The notes beneath the pieces were generated by a model. That model was given only the letters and a program-made list of their open reading frames with translations, was not told where the DNA came from and did not search any database. DNA of 55,004 nucleotides, filler included, from Sphacelaria rigidula (Eukaryota): NCBI GenBank assembly GCA_964200075.2. It is 4 parts of 4 records of this genome, joined end to end, with 100 filler letters (N's around TTAATTAATTAA, not from the genome) between each part and the next. Parts side by side here need not be neighbours in the genome. Positions count along the whole stretch, not along the records: positions 13,779 to 27,456 come from CAXNAA020002729.1; positions 27,557 to 41,233 come from CAXNAA020002730.1; 2 more parts are not named here. One strand, written 5' to 3'. Shown here piece after piece: positions 24,287 to 37,862 of the stretch. Both the position numbers and the translations under genes were made by a program. Position 1 is the stretch's first letter. The number at the start of each line of letters is the position of its first letter.

Positions 24287-24964
24287 ATGGATGATGAAGA
24301 TCTATACGGAGATTTGGATACCTCGCGCAATGCCCTCAAGCTGAAGAGCGTGAGTGTTGAGTTGATCTCAAATTCAAAATGCCCAAATGTACGGCAACAT
24401 ATGATCATCTGACGGGGTATAACACCCCGTTTGATGTTTTCCCAACTTCGTTTCTCTGAAAGCTGGTGTGTTCATCTCTGTCGAGGATTGTGTCATTCGC
24501 ACGACCTTGTCTAAGCTATCGGGTGAACATGGAATTTTTGGCAACGTCAATCCATAAGCCGAGAGAACATCGGGCTCAGAGTAAAAAACAATCCACCAGG
24601 AGTGTCCCATTCATGTATCTATCGTATTTGGTCGGGGTACTATTATACTATTACAGATGAGCTGACAACACACACAACTCTGCGTTTTTTTATTATTTTT
24701 GTTTATTATTATTTCCGCATGCTGGGTACCGTATGAATATCTAAAGGTTGATCGTGCGGTGCGGTCGGCTTTCGTGGCCGTACGTGACTTCAGACTGTGC
24801 TTATCTTCCGCTGCACTGCCTGGATAACTGAACGGTATGCCTGGTAATTTTCTGTACTCGCTGCCTGCCTGCTGCTGTTGCTGTTTCAGGTGGAAGCTGA
24901 CCTGGAAAAGTCGAATGCTCAGAAACGAAGCCTAGAGCAGCGGCTGGCATCTCTCCAGAAAAGG
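24287..24964 (+). CDS. Small acidic/coiled-coil protein, 5' exons 24287-24349 and 24890-24964 (MDDEDLYGDLDTSRNALKLKS|VEADLEKSNAQKRSLEQRLASLQKR); later exons not identified
   Basis: Start ATGG with donor gtgagt at 24350. A pyrimidine-rich acceptor tgtttcag ends at 24889, and the next donor gtgaat is at 24965. Both junctions are phase 0 and exon 2 has a heptad pattern. Function not assigned. Confidence 0.6.
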
Positions 24965-25819
24965 GTGAATAATTACTCCTTGCACACAAGTACAACTGTT
25001 CCGCCTGCACGCTAAACTACTGTCACTGTTGTTGTACCTGCATGTTGAACACACCTGCGAAGCTGCGAAGCAAAACATGTACAGTACTGGAGCAAGATCA
25101 CTTACTTGTATCGTGTTTGCACCATGGTGCAAGCAAGCGCGATCACCAGTCGTACTCTGTATCTTCCGTGTAGAGTTATTGTTGCCGAGCGAAGTTCATG
25201 TAGTTGTGTAGTTGTGAGGCCGCGGGCTTTACCACCTACACATTTCCACCTACATAGGAGCATGCGCCCCGCTCGTCGGGGGAATATGCTCACAATTCCA
25301 CCGACTGAGGCAACACCATTGTACCGACCTCTTGCCGTCATGCGATATGCCCTACCCGTGCAGTATGGTTGTGGGTTCAAAACCCAGGTTTTGGATTTGC
25401 GCGGTGCGGTGCGGTGCGGTGCGGCGCAGAGGAACGGTGCGGTACAGTGTGGTGCGGTCTGTTGACAAAGTGCTATCAATATCGCTAAAAGTGTAGCGAT
25501 CCGATTTCTGCTCCGTACTCCCGCTGCGGTTAGTTTACTACAACGGCAGCATGCAATTGCAACGACAACTGGAGATGCTAATCGGGCCCCAAATAATGTC
25601 CGGGCTGTTCGACGACATCGTTCCGAACATAGACAAAACTCATCTATTTCCTCCTTCTTCTCCTGAGATATCCCGCCTGGTATACACTTGATTTTTTGGT
25701 CCATCCTGTTGATGAGTAAGTCGTGCGTTCAGGCGATGCCCTCCCTGTTTAGATGCTACATACACCTCCACACCGTTGACACGGAGCCGGCAGCACTGGC
25801 CTTTTCCTAGTGTTTTCAA

Positions 25820-26017
25820 CCCTGTGATCGCGAGGGCAGGGGATCTGTTGAATCGGCACCATTCATCTTAATATTCATGTGTAAATGATGCCGATTACCC
25901 TCCGGGGTCAAAGGGTTAACCCTTACGTACACCGCGATGATAGTCCATCTGACTCACGCATATTTTTTTCAAGTGAAATTGATGCCGATTCAATAGATGA
26001 CCTACTCTCGCGAAGGG
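25820..26017. mobile_element. Two adjacent piggyBac-type MITEs sharing one TTAA (25916-25919)
   Basis: Copies 25820-25915 and 25920-26017 each have ccct..aggg ends and the family core (gaatcggca / atgccgattca). Confidence 0.8.
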
Positions 26018-27456
26018 TTATCGCGTACCGTCAGAACCCGGACAAACGTTGTTTCCGGGTTTATTCTGCTCGCCGTGGGACGTTCCCTGTATTGGCCACC
26101 ATAGCCTTTTGCGTTCGGGTTTGAAACAGAAGACGCAAAAGTTAGCGCTTGAATCGTACACGTCGCCGAGCAGAACCGGACTGGCAAAGTCGGCTCCTCG
26201 ATGGAGTGTCCCGAGCAACCCACGAAGAGAGGGTTGTTGCGGAGTGACTTTTTTCGGGGCGGGCGTGTGTGCGTTTTTGCCATGATTTTTTTGTACGGAG
26301 TAACTTACTTTGTTTCGGCGCCTGCGTGCGTGTGCGTGGGTGTGCGGCTGTATGTGCCTGTCATTTATCATCCCATCCATGCTATGTGAGGGTGTGTCTT
26401 CGGGCGTGTCTTCGCGCCTTTTTTTTTCGATCAAAAAAGCGAGCGGTGGAATTGGGTCAAGTGAAAATTTCTCGTTCCGATGCAGTTGGGTCCGGATGGA
26501 TTTTCAAGCTTTCGATCGAAAAAAACAGTGAAATTCGTGAAACGGTACATGGTCTGTACTGTTTGCACTGTTTGCAAGGAGGGTGCGTGCTTCGTGCAGG
26601 AGAAGATAAAGGGGAAGAGGACAATGTTCAGTGCAGACAGCCCAAGACTATCCGTTCTCTCTGCTTACAATGCGACTTGAAAACAACTTCAGCAACGTGC
26701 AGCTTTGTACTGCCTGCATTGTCCATGAGCGTGCACGCAACTCGGTTGCCCACCGTACCGCACGCAGTTCCATCCCTGATGACTACCATGAGAGAAGATG
26801 CGCAAGTTTTCGCTAACAAAAAATAAACACAGCACCACCCAACTCATTTCGTCTATTTATCCCTGTGCTTAACTCGTGCTCTATGCTGCAGGATTGCGAT
26901 GGTAGCTGAGAATGAGTTGGATGGAGTTTGCATGGTCCTGTGAACGGATGTTATTTAGCGTGGTGGTCTGCAAGACAAGAGTCAAGTGCCGCTTCATTCC
27001 TTTCGATTGCATGTTTTCGATCGTTTTTTTTCTTCACTCGTTGCGTTCTTCTCCGCGCGCCGCTAATTATAATTTTGAGTTGAATCCTTCGAGGAACATC
27101 AATGCGGTGGACCGATCAGATGGGCAGAAAAAACTTCGATCGCACGTTTTCGATGGAAAAAAAAGGTGCGAAGGCTACTTCTTATGTATCGAAAAAACTC
27201 TATCGGAAAACGCGTTTTCTGATTAATGACCAAAAACCCACTTATTATGTGATCAGAAAACGCGTTTTCTGATAGAATTTTTTCCGATAACATTTTTCGA
27301 TAGCCCAGAGTTATCAGAAAATCGTGATTTTCTGATAACTGTGAGCTATAGAAAAACGTTACAGGCGGGGCCAGCCTACAAGCGGATTTAACAGTGTTTT
27401 CGTGAGATTGAGAGTAGATGATACGATTGAGAGTGAAAAGCGGTCAATCAGTGAAT

Positions 27457-27556
27457 NNNNNNNNNNNNNNNNNNNNNNNNNNNNNNNNNNNNNNNNNNNN
27501 TTAATTAATTAANNNNNNNNNNNNNNNNNNNNNNNNNNNNNNNNNNNNNNNNNNNN
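27457..27556. other. Artificial scaffold linker
   Basis: 44 N + TTAATTAATTAA + 44 N. Confidence 0.98.
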
Positions 27557-29885
27557 GGGGGGGGGGGGTCTGTCCGCAGAGCAGCCGGGAAGCTCACCAA
27601 GTCAACCACGTGTGTTTGAACTTTCCCGCGGAAAATTCTAAGCCACGAACGAGGTCCGAAAGGCGCGGAATGGCCATTCTGATCAATCACGGCCGTCAAA
27701 ATGAGCACGCAGTTCCCCACAGGTGGACTATAGGTGGACCACTTCGCTGTCTACCGGTATTTCTCGTTTTGGTCATGGAAATTCAACCATAGATTAAATG
27801 GGTACAAATAACGTGTTCTGTACCCTACTCGAGGTCTGTACTGCCTGTCTGACGCCTCATGTGTTGCCAGCACCGCTTCACACTGTCTGTAGTTTTGTTG
27901 TGGAACACGAAGCAGAGGTATCAGCAGCATGCAGTAAATAATGTTCAGTGGAGAGCGATGGCACGCAGACTGTTTCTTGCCGTTGTATCCAGCGGAGACA
28001 TACTGCAAACATACTGACTCTATACGCTTTTGGCTGCACCGTCAAAACCGGTCAGGGTTTTTCCGGAACTATTTTTTGTATAGCTTCCCAGCATCCACGT
28101 GATTATGACAAAAGGCGTTTTGTGTAGCAGGAAAAGAGCTGTTCTGAAACCCCAAATGTGGCATACTCCATCTCAGTCCACCTGCGGTGGGGTCGCCGTC
28201 TAAGTGTAAAGTAAGAATTCGCGCGAGAAAAATGCGGGCCCACTTGACTCGATTTTGCCTGTCTGGAAAAGGGGATGACCTACGGAGTCAACTACTTGTA
28301 GAATGAGAAGTGGATGCATGGTGAGATATCGTCCGCACTGTAATATGATGCGACGTGGAGACTGATATTTTTTCTATGCTGTTCATTTCCCGTGTAACCC
28401 TTGAGCCTGCATCTCCGTGTGAAGCGTCGAACATATAGCTATCTGTCCAAGCCAGGCGCAGTCTTCGAGATTGGGACGTGCACGAGGAGGCTATGGTGTT
28501 GGGTGAAAGGTGACCGGCGTTCAAGCTCAATCAGCGACCACAATGATCTTCCCTTTCGTAAGGAGTGATGAAGGGAGTGAGAGAACGATATTTGTGAATG
28601 CAGAATCCCCTTCCCGTCGTCTGAAGGCGGTGGGGGGAAACAAGAAAAGGGAATGGGGGGCTGACGTTGATGTTTTCGTCTGTTTGAAGTCGTTGAGCTG
28701 TATCACTCCGCCGGTTACCGGGGATGTGGGGACTTGGTAGGGATGAGGTGTATTCTACCTGCTTTATTTAGTGTGTGGTTGTGGGAATTTGATGCCACAA
28801 GCACTGCAATGTGCTGCTGCTGTTTTGATCTTGAAATATTGCAGCGACAATTAACGGTCTGCTGTACTCATTTTTCTCTATTGAAAGCTCGGTTTTGAAT
28901 GCGTTGTACGGGATGTTCATGCTGGATTGTCCTCCGAGTATTGAGTACCGAGAATTGTGCTCCGAAAGGTCCGGATCTGAGGACGTGGTGAAATTGTCTA
29001 TGTACCTGTGTTTCGTGTGAGTCGTACACGTCTGCGGTCTTCTTGAGGTGACGCAGATTTGCGCTTGTTGGGCATAGCCACGCACGCTACTTCGAGGGGG
29101 CATGGGTTTGCCGGGCGCTTTCCAGCATGGCATGTATTTGCCTTGGCCGGCGTCTGGGGGGGCTGTACTATTTGATGGTGAATGATAAGTTCATATATAA
29201 CTTTTTTCTCGTATGGCGGAGTTCCCCTCCTACCTCTTTTTGAGAGCTTGAATACTGATATACCAGTTAAGTGTACTCATAATCATGTATGACATAGTCA
29301 CAATCGTTATACCAGTCAGGGGGGGGACGGTACTCGTGTGAACAGGCTAATCTCCAGAACCTACGGTATGGGACTGTAGCCTTTTGCGTGCGTGATGTGT
29401 TTGACAGGTATGCGGCGGGATTTACTATCGTGATAGGCGTGTCGGGGACATGCGTGAACGCGCGGCCCCGTGTGCGGGTTGTGTGGCTGCACACTCTTTC
29501 GCTCAAGCTTGGCTCCTCGGCCACGAGGTCTCGTTTCTAAACGATATCGTTGAAACCATGCCCGGTACCTGGGCTATCAAACAACCAATCACGAACGAGA
29601 TCGTTCTCTCATGCTGGGGAGAGTTGCGTCGAAAAGGAACCTCGGCAAATGCAAGTTGCTCTCTGCGGTGCACTAGAAGTTGTCAAGACGAGTATCTATA
29701 TTGTATGTAATCCGAAACAAGTAATCTACTCCCAAGTATCGGATCGAGAGACCGTACAGGCACATGAATGTCAGAAGAGTATTACCGTGCATTCGAGACA
29801 CTGGTGGCGTATGCCTTTACCTTCGCCGCGCCAACCTTCCTTACACAACGCACAAGTTCCCAACACGCCCAGAAGACCAACTCAC

Positions 29886-30226
29886 GGTGCCGATGTAGTG
29901 ATCTTCGTTGGAAGCGCAGCGCATGACGACGAGTCTTGCTGTGCCCCAAAGTCCCAGATGTAGCCTCTCGGAAATCCCGCTTTTCTTAACCTCTCCACGC
30001 TTTTCTTGTTCAATCTTTCTGTCGCGCCGTTCACCCGGCTTCCCTTACCGTCTGCTGCACTACCACCGTCGCCACTGCTGCTTGTGGCACCTGTTCCCTT
30101 GTATTGTTTATGTATATTACCCACCAATTCGGCGGTGCGGATGATGGAAGCCGACCGCCTCGGGGATACATGTTGTCGCGGCTTTCCTCCAACGGGACGA
30201 CGGGGGGCAGGACTGGGCACCACCAT
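29886..30226 (-). CDS. Possible first exon of an unknown protein, divergent from the MFS gene
   Basis: aacATGG start and a 113-codon open frame ending at a strong gtgagt donor. No recognisable domain and no convincing next exon. Confidence 0.3.
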
Positions 30227-31018
30227 GTTTCCCGGCCTGTCGAGGGTAGCTGGGTTGTAGTGATCGGTTCAATCACTCGCCCAACCAAGCAGCTGTGACT
30301 TCTGCATACTGTGAAGGTCTGTCTCGATGGTGACGTTAACCCATATAGGTGTGTCTGGTGAAACTCATATACCAAATGGAGTCAAAGTGCAGCACAGTCC
30401 GAGTAAGAACACAAGACCCCAGAGAAAAGCTATAAAGGGGACGGTGACAGACAACGCTGAACGCCCGAGAACGCGGTTTCCCTTGAACAGAACATGTGCA
30501 AGGCAGATTTTTTGCTGGACCGCACACAGTGTCTCGCTTCACTCACCGAAGCGAGTGACGATCGCCGACTGAAAGTGGAGAGCTACAGGGCACAAGGACT
30601 ATTAAGGCGTGTTTCGACGAGTTTCACGGTGCCGTCAACCTCCTGGCATCTCCTCGTGTGTGCGAGGGGGTGGTGTCAGTCAACCGTCAAGTGTCGGCGG
30701 GCGGCGAGTCCTGTTACGGTTCGACCGTTAAATCTCGCCGCACTCGAACATGACCGGTAGGAAGTGCGTTATCCTGGATAGAGTTGGGGGAATGAGAGCG
30801 GTCATGGTTGGAAACGCGTCGGATATGGAGGTAACCGGTTCACTGAAGCCAGTGGAGTGCAGTAGACGTGGACAGTAGAGCATAGACCGCTTGGTGATTT
30901 CTATGAAGTCAGCCACAGCTCACGTCGTAGTCGAGTACTGCGTCTGCTCACGCGATCCATAATACGTTCAAAAAGCTGAGCGGGCGACCCTGTCGTGCGT
31001 GCTACATCTAAAAGTTTG

Positions 31019-34000
31019 ATGGCAACAGCAGCTGCGACCTTTGCAGACGGCATCCTGGCAAGTTATGTACTTCCATTCGCTCCCTTACTCCTGCTGTCCT
31101 ATCATGACGCTGGCATCGAAGCTAGCGGTGGTAGAAGCGATGCATCTTCGTGGGCCGTTGTGGCGAGACTTTGGAGCCAGGTATACAGCTGTACGCACAG
31201 CGGTTTTTTAGCGGAAAATAAACCGCCAAGCTTTGTCACAAGCACTGCAGAATAATAAGGGAGGTGCAATTCGATCCCGGCGGGTAGCAGAATTGTCTGT
31301 TGTGTGTTTGGCGGTGTCCATCTTCTCTGTTGAGCAAACATTAAGCGAAGCGCGACAAAATGAAGGCATTTGCTCCTGTTGCTGGATCTCCCCGCGGGAG
31401 GGTGAATCACGGCGTTTGATAACAGGCAAGAGCTTCATCTCTGCATCCAGTACCGGAAGTTGTGCCGAAACGACACCACAACACAGCGTTTCATAGAGGG
31501 AAAATGTGACTCACCTGTAGGCTCCAGTAGGCCTTTGCCCTTTTTGCGTTTTTTTCGGAATGATTATGCGTACTTAGGCCAACTCTTATGGGAGCATTTA
31601 GAATTTTATTTTGCAATAATTTGAAACGAATTTTTTTTTTCTTTGCCGTAATTGTGTATCTTGTGCCCGTTCACCATGATGACAGAAAAAAAAAAGTCGT
31701 TTCAAATTTTTGTAGAATAAAATTTCGAACGCTCCCATAAGAGTTGGCCTTAGAAAATATAAAAACATGTATGCATGCGTTCATTTATGCAAGTTATGCG
31801 CCATGCCATGCGTATTTTTGTGAAGTATGCGCATTTGATGCGCTTTTTTTCGCGTCCTTCGTGTGGCTATATTCCCTCATGACGCACCTTCTGGCATGAG
31901 GACAACACGTTGGGCATTTGAAGCTTTAATGTTTGTATGCTTGTTCAAAGGACAAAGACTCGTTCGTTTGGTCATGTATTATTGAGTTTGAAGGTCACAA
32001 CTTAACCCTTACTGTAGACCGCGAGGGTAGGTCACCTGCTGGATCGGCATCAACGATCACTTGAAAAAAGTATGCGTGATCCAGATGGACTACCCGCACC
32101 GCCGTCCAAGGATCAACACCTGCTGCACCTTGCATTCGACAGGACTTTTCATTACAAGTTTCCCCTTCTCGTACAGTTCAACCTACTATATATATATGTA
32201 TACACGTGCGCAACAAAATAATTCTCCAGTTTTGAAGTATCACATATAGTACAGCGCACAGTGTATTGGTGTACTATCATACGTATTATGTACTATGTAC
32301 TAGCGTTTTTACTAATGTGATCCGTAACTAGTTGACTCAATCCTGTCCCGGTACATCTTGAATTTGCCGGTTCTAGCTTCGAAGTATCTGATTCCACCGT
32401 GGAAAACGTGAGTACGCGAGTAAAAAAGAGTAGTTGACTGAGTTTATTTGACGAGAGTTGGCGTGGTACCGGAGTGCTGATGGTCATGATCCAATCCGCG
32501 AGACCAAAATGCAGCGCGTGTGCCGAGAAGAAACGCGTTGATCCCTTGAAAGCCATTCGACCACGGACTCGTCCCGAGGAAGTGAAGAGGTTCGAAGTTC
32601 AACAAGACAAAAAATATATAACAATCAAATCAACCAACCACATAAATATACTTCTCTCGGGGTAGGGGGTCTTGTTCCGAAATTTAAAACATCGTCAGAA
32701 GCCCCGTCTCAAGGCGGGGAAATCCATGAAGAGCTTCTTTTTTTTCCCTAGTCTCCTATCCAGAGGTCTCAATCGAAAACCAGATCTGCACTGAGGCTCA
32801 GAAATACGGGTGTTTAGAAATACGGGTGTTCTGCAAGTGGTCGTTCGTCCAATATTGCTACAGACACGACGCAACAAGGCTACACAACATCCACACACCG
32901 AGCCCCGCAAAACTACGCGCAGACACCCACCACTTACGCGCATTAGCTACAGCGCCAGCATTGCTCATCTGCACACGGCGATCTTTGTTTGACGCAATTC
33001 CGCTCTGTATTGGAAGAAAGGCAACCGCGTGCGTGTAAATTTACAACCGAAACGTGCCGTTGCTGATCGTTTGTGTGCGTGTGCTGTGCGCGCGTCCCAC
33101 ACAATCGTTTCTCATTGACCTATCAACAAATTTAACCCTTAGACCGCGATGCGAGTAGTCCATCTGGATCATCACGCATACTTCTTCAAGTGAAATCCAT
33201 GCCGATTCAGCAGGTGACGTACCCTGGCGGTCAAAGGGTTAAGCTAGGTTACGGAGAACGTCGTCAGCTGATGAGCAGCGACGGCTTGAGCTGTGTGCTC
33301 TTGGTTTGCAGGGGCTTTATCTGACTGAGGTTCACCTCTAATTATTCTGGGCTGTGTGGCAAGCCTTTTCATGTGCCCCTCTCAACGGGACATCTATGTT
33401 CCCGTTCGAGGTACACACAACGTCGATTTTGCTAGAGGGATTTTGAGGCACTTTTTCGGGGGGCGGGGGGGGGGGGGGGAAGTCATCATTTGTTACATCT
33501 CATTGCACTGGGTCAATTCGCCAAAAATCATTTTCGCGGAGGAGACANNNNNNNNNNGGGGGCGTACTCATTTGTTGCTTGCCTTAGTCGTGTGACCATT
33601 GACCACGCATCCCTTTCGAGACGGAGCACTTTCGATTTTGGAGGGGGGGGGGTATCGCTGCCGACTAATCACCGGCTGTTTTTTTTCTAAAGGCGCCTAT
33701 TTTCAAAGGATAATCTCCCTCCGATGAGAACCCGCTTTAACCCTTAGACAGCGAGAGTAGGTCATCTGTTGAATCGGCAGCAATTTTACTTGAAAAAGTA
33801 TTTATGATCCCGAAAGACTACCCTCGCAGTCTAAGGGTTAACGCCCATAAATGGGGAAATTTTCCGTCGCTTTTTCCTTGGGGGTGTACTTGTCACTTTA
33901 GATAGCGGATTTGGACAGCCCTTTGAATTTTCCCGAGGGTCTTTCCTCAAATTTTGAAAGAGCGAGAATTGACGAAGTTATCCAGGTAAAAGCTGATGTA

Positions 34001-37000
34001 TGAGGTCATTCTGTTCACGTTCCTTTTTTTTCGAATGATTGAATGATTGATTGATTGTCGCACTTTCACTTACCCCCCAGGGGTCCAGCCGTGGTCACAT
34101 GGTGGACGTACCCCAGACAAAAAAAAAAACAAAGCTCAAACACTCGCTGAAGGAAAAAAGAAGAAACGGAAAAGGTGGAACAGAACAACATAGTAGACAA
34201 AGACGTAAAAAAAAAGTGAAAAGAAAGGAAATAGTCGGTCTATCCCACATGGCTTCGGCGGGAAAAGTCTTGCGCAGAACCACACTCACACCCAGTCGTA
34301 AAAAACAAAAGCCATAGGAAGGAATTTTTTTCAGCTCACCTACTACAACCGCTCTATTTAGGGTATGGGCCCTCTCATCCATGAAGAAGGTCAATGAAGC
34401 GAGGTATCACGCTGTTCTGACATACACCGGCAGGAAGGAAAACACACATATATAGAGAGAGGAAGATGGGGAAAAGGGAGAGCAGAGAAGGAGACTACAG
34501 AAGTGGTGAGGCCCAAAGAATTCAGGGCAGCAGAGTAGATATACAAGGGAGCACCGCAGAGCCATCGACCAAGGACGCAATCAACAACCGATATGAGCAG
34601 ACAGGATTCTTTTATTGGCGGCCCTCGACGCAGAACCCTCTCGCTTGTGACGGCGGTCCGATTCTCGTTTGTCCGCGCGCGTCGCCAGGTGTCCTCAAAG
34701 TGTTCCGCTCCTTTTTCGACTCCAATATGCCATTTTGCCCATGTTCTTCGCCGCAGTGACCCATTCGTGTGCATCGTTAACCTCTACACCGTAGACGAAC
34801 CATTTCCGTCGTGCTCCTTTGTGCGGAACAGCCCCTAGTGCATGTAGGTTCTCCTGAAGGTTTCCCCCGCATTTTATGCGATAGTCGATTTGTTGAGTGT
34901 AACATATGAGTGCGGCAAACGCTTCCTCTCACCAATCCTCCGAGGGTACAGTTTTTGTTGTTGTTGCCGCTGACTGCTGAGAGCGAGGGACCCTTTGCAC
35001 ACAAACTCACCACACACCACACACCAGTGCTGCTGCGAGTGGCCATAAACACATACTGCTAGGCCCACACGATGCCATAAGCAAGGAAGAAGGCACGCTA
35101 GGTCGTGGTTGTCGAGTGTGGTTTCGCTTTTACGCGTGCATGCTGTTTATGCTGTGTTCGTTGGTATATGTGGTTGCGGTAACTTCACCAGGTGTCCCAG
35201 CATTGTTTTTGTTGCCATAGTCTGGATGTGTGTGATGTGAACGTGTCCAGCGCTGAAGGGAAGAAATCTCATGAGTACGGCTTGCATGGACACTGTTAGT
35301 GTTTGGTCAGCATGCCGTTTTGATGCTAATCGTGTGAACTATTTCAAGGCTGTGCTGTGTAGGGTACGGGTATGTCCTGCAGGGTATTAGATTTCTTCCA
35401 GAACTTACAGAACTGTTGAATACCGGTGTGGAATTCTTGCAGAACTTTTCAAACGTGACGATATGGAGGTTGTACAGAAACCCTTACCCACAGCCGGGTA
35501 TATCGACAAGGGTGCACCCCTACCCTGGGTGAGGGTAAATATTTCGTACAGATCGTACATAACTGTTGGGTACCGGTACGGGAGGCTTATAGGACTTACG
35601 GAACTGTCCGGTATGGGTATAAGAAGCTTACAGAACTATCGGGTACGGGAAATATCCAGGTAAATTCCCCGGGCATTCAGAAAATATTACTATACGGACC
35701 ATACCTTGACACATGATGGTTTTTGTGCATAGTTTGGTCGGGGTTTGGCTTTGGTCTTTCTTTCCGCGTAGGAATCCACTGAGTCCGGCTGAAGAGGGGG
35801 AAATCTCAAGGTTCTGTCCTGTGTGATACGGGTATTTTCGGCAGGGTATTGTATACGTATTACAACAGAACTCAGTGACCTGTCGGGTACCGGTATGTAA
35901 GTCTTACAAAACTTACAGCACCCTTCGGGTACTATTATGTATGGAGATTGCACCGAAACCCTTACCCGCAACAGGATACATCTACAATGGTATACCCGTG
36001 CCCCGGGTAAGGGTATCTATCGTTCATATCAAACATAACTATCGGGTACCGGTATGAGAAGGCTCACAGAACTCACAGAACTATCAGGTACCAGTACGAA
36101 AGCCTCACACAACTCATACAACTGTCGGGTACGGATAATACCCAGATAAATATCCCGGGTGTACAGGAAATTATACCCTACAGAACACAACCTGGGAACA
36201 CCCTTCTTATATCCTAATATCATCTGTATGATATACGTACAAGCAACGACGTTTTTCAACAGGGAAATATTGATTCCTCTCGCAAAAGCTCGGGGCAAAA
36301 TTACATAATTCCGGGAAAATCAGGGTAATTTGGCCCAATATATTGCATTTCCCCCTCCAAACACCTCGGCGGCTACCGACGTAGCTCGATACCGGCATCA
36401 CAAATAATGTGTCACTGTACACTTTGTTTTTCTCCAAAAGTTTTCAATGAACGAGTTGTCCTGGACGGACCATAATGATACAGAATGCGAGCGGGGCCAG
36501 CAGTAATCCCCGCATTCGCTTTCCACACCACAGCTTCTCAAGTTCCCCAAATCAGCGCGACTTGAGCATATCGCTGTGAAGTGCAGACCAACCTGGTAAC
36601 GCACGGCACCGCTGCTGAATGAAGAAAAAATGGAAAAAAAAAAATACTGCATCATATATTACCTCAACGACCGACGAAGAAAAGAGAGAATATGTCGGGA
36701 TTCGAACTCATGACCTCCATCACTGGAGTCTCCTGTATCACTCGGATTAAAGGGGCGCGGCCGTGTCACACGCAAAGTGCGATGCCGCGCCCAATTTGAG
36801 GTATCTTTGACCAAACTTTCACCAGGATGTCCTGGACGCAGGTGCCCACAACTTGGTTCGGGATGCAGCCATTTTTATCAGTTTTTCACGGAGTTATAGC
36901 ATTTTCCCTGTTTTTGCTGAACCTTCAACTCGCTCTAAGTTCCTATTTTCTTTTCTTTTTCCCTCTGCACCTCCAAAGCTGTTGTGTGGGTTGATGGTAA

Positions 37001-37795
37001 AAACGTTGTGTCAAGATTTCAGCGCCTAGCTCTTCGAATTACCCATCGCATCGCCATTCTTCGTTAAAAAATCACCGTCAGCTGGCCCAGCTCGTACAGC
37101 GCACTACAAGAGGCAGACAGTGGTGGACCAGCTCGAAGGCGGCATCTGAGCTAAAAAAAAACACTCGCCTTACTCGTAGTCCCGTCTCGCGCTCCTCATC
37201 GCGGTTTTTGGCACCACACCGAAGTACTTATGTGGTATTTGAGGAGAACGGTATCATCCGACCCACAGCCGCACGCGCGAACCTGACATTGCGGAGAAAT
37301 CAAAGACGACAAAAATGTGTACGGTGCTCCACCCAACAAACGAAGGGCGGGGACGTTTTCAGCAACCACTAATCCCACGTAGCGCGTTGGTGATGGGCAG
37401 GGCAGTGTTGTGCCTTTTTCAATATTCTGAAGGCATTTTACAGCCACTATAATTGAGCGTTCGCGGCGTCAATTAGAGACAGATGTGCTCCAAGGCCTGA
37501 AATATGTCGAGACTAGAGGGGCAGACGCCTTTGGAAGAGAGGTGTGTCCACATGAGCACGGATACCTGGCGCTACAGACCTGCGCCGTCGCATTCGGCAG
37601 CCGGATGGGAAAGGATGCAGATCGCTGCGGGGGGGGGGGGGGGGATTTATTGGACCGTATGTACCCCGCCCAGGACAACCCCGACCAGGCGGACCCGGTG
37701 TGTTTTCAGTGGNNNNNNNNNNTTTTTTGTGCCTTCCCCTGGCAACCTTCGTCGGCCGTTGCGCCCGGGGGGGGTCAGCGCCGGGGGGGGGGCGC

Positions 37796-37862
<67 letters not shown>

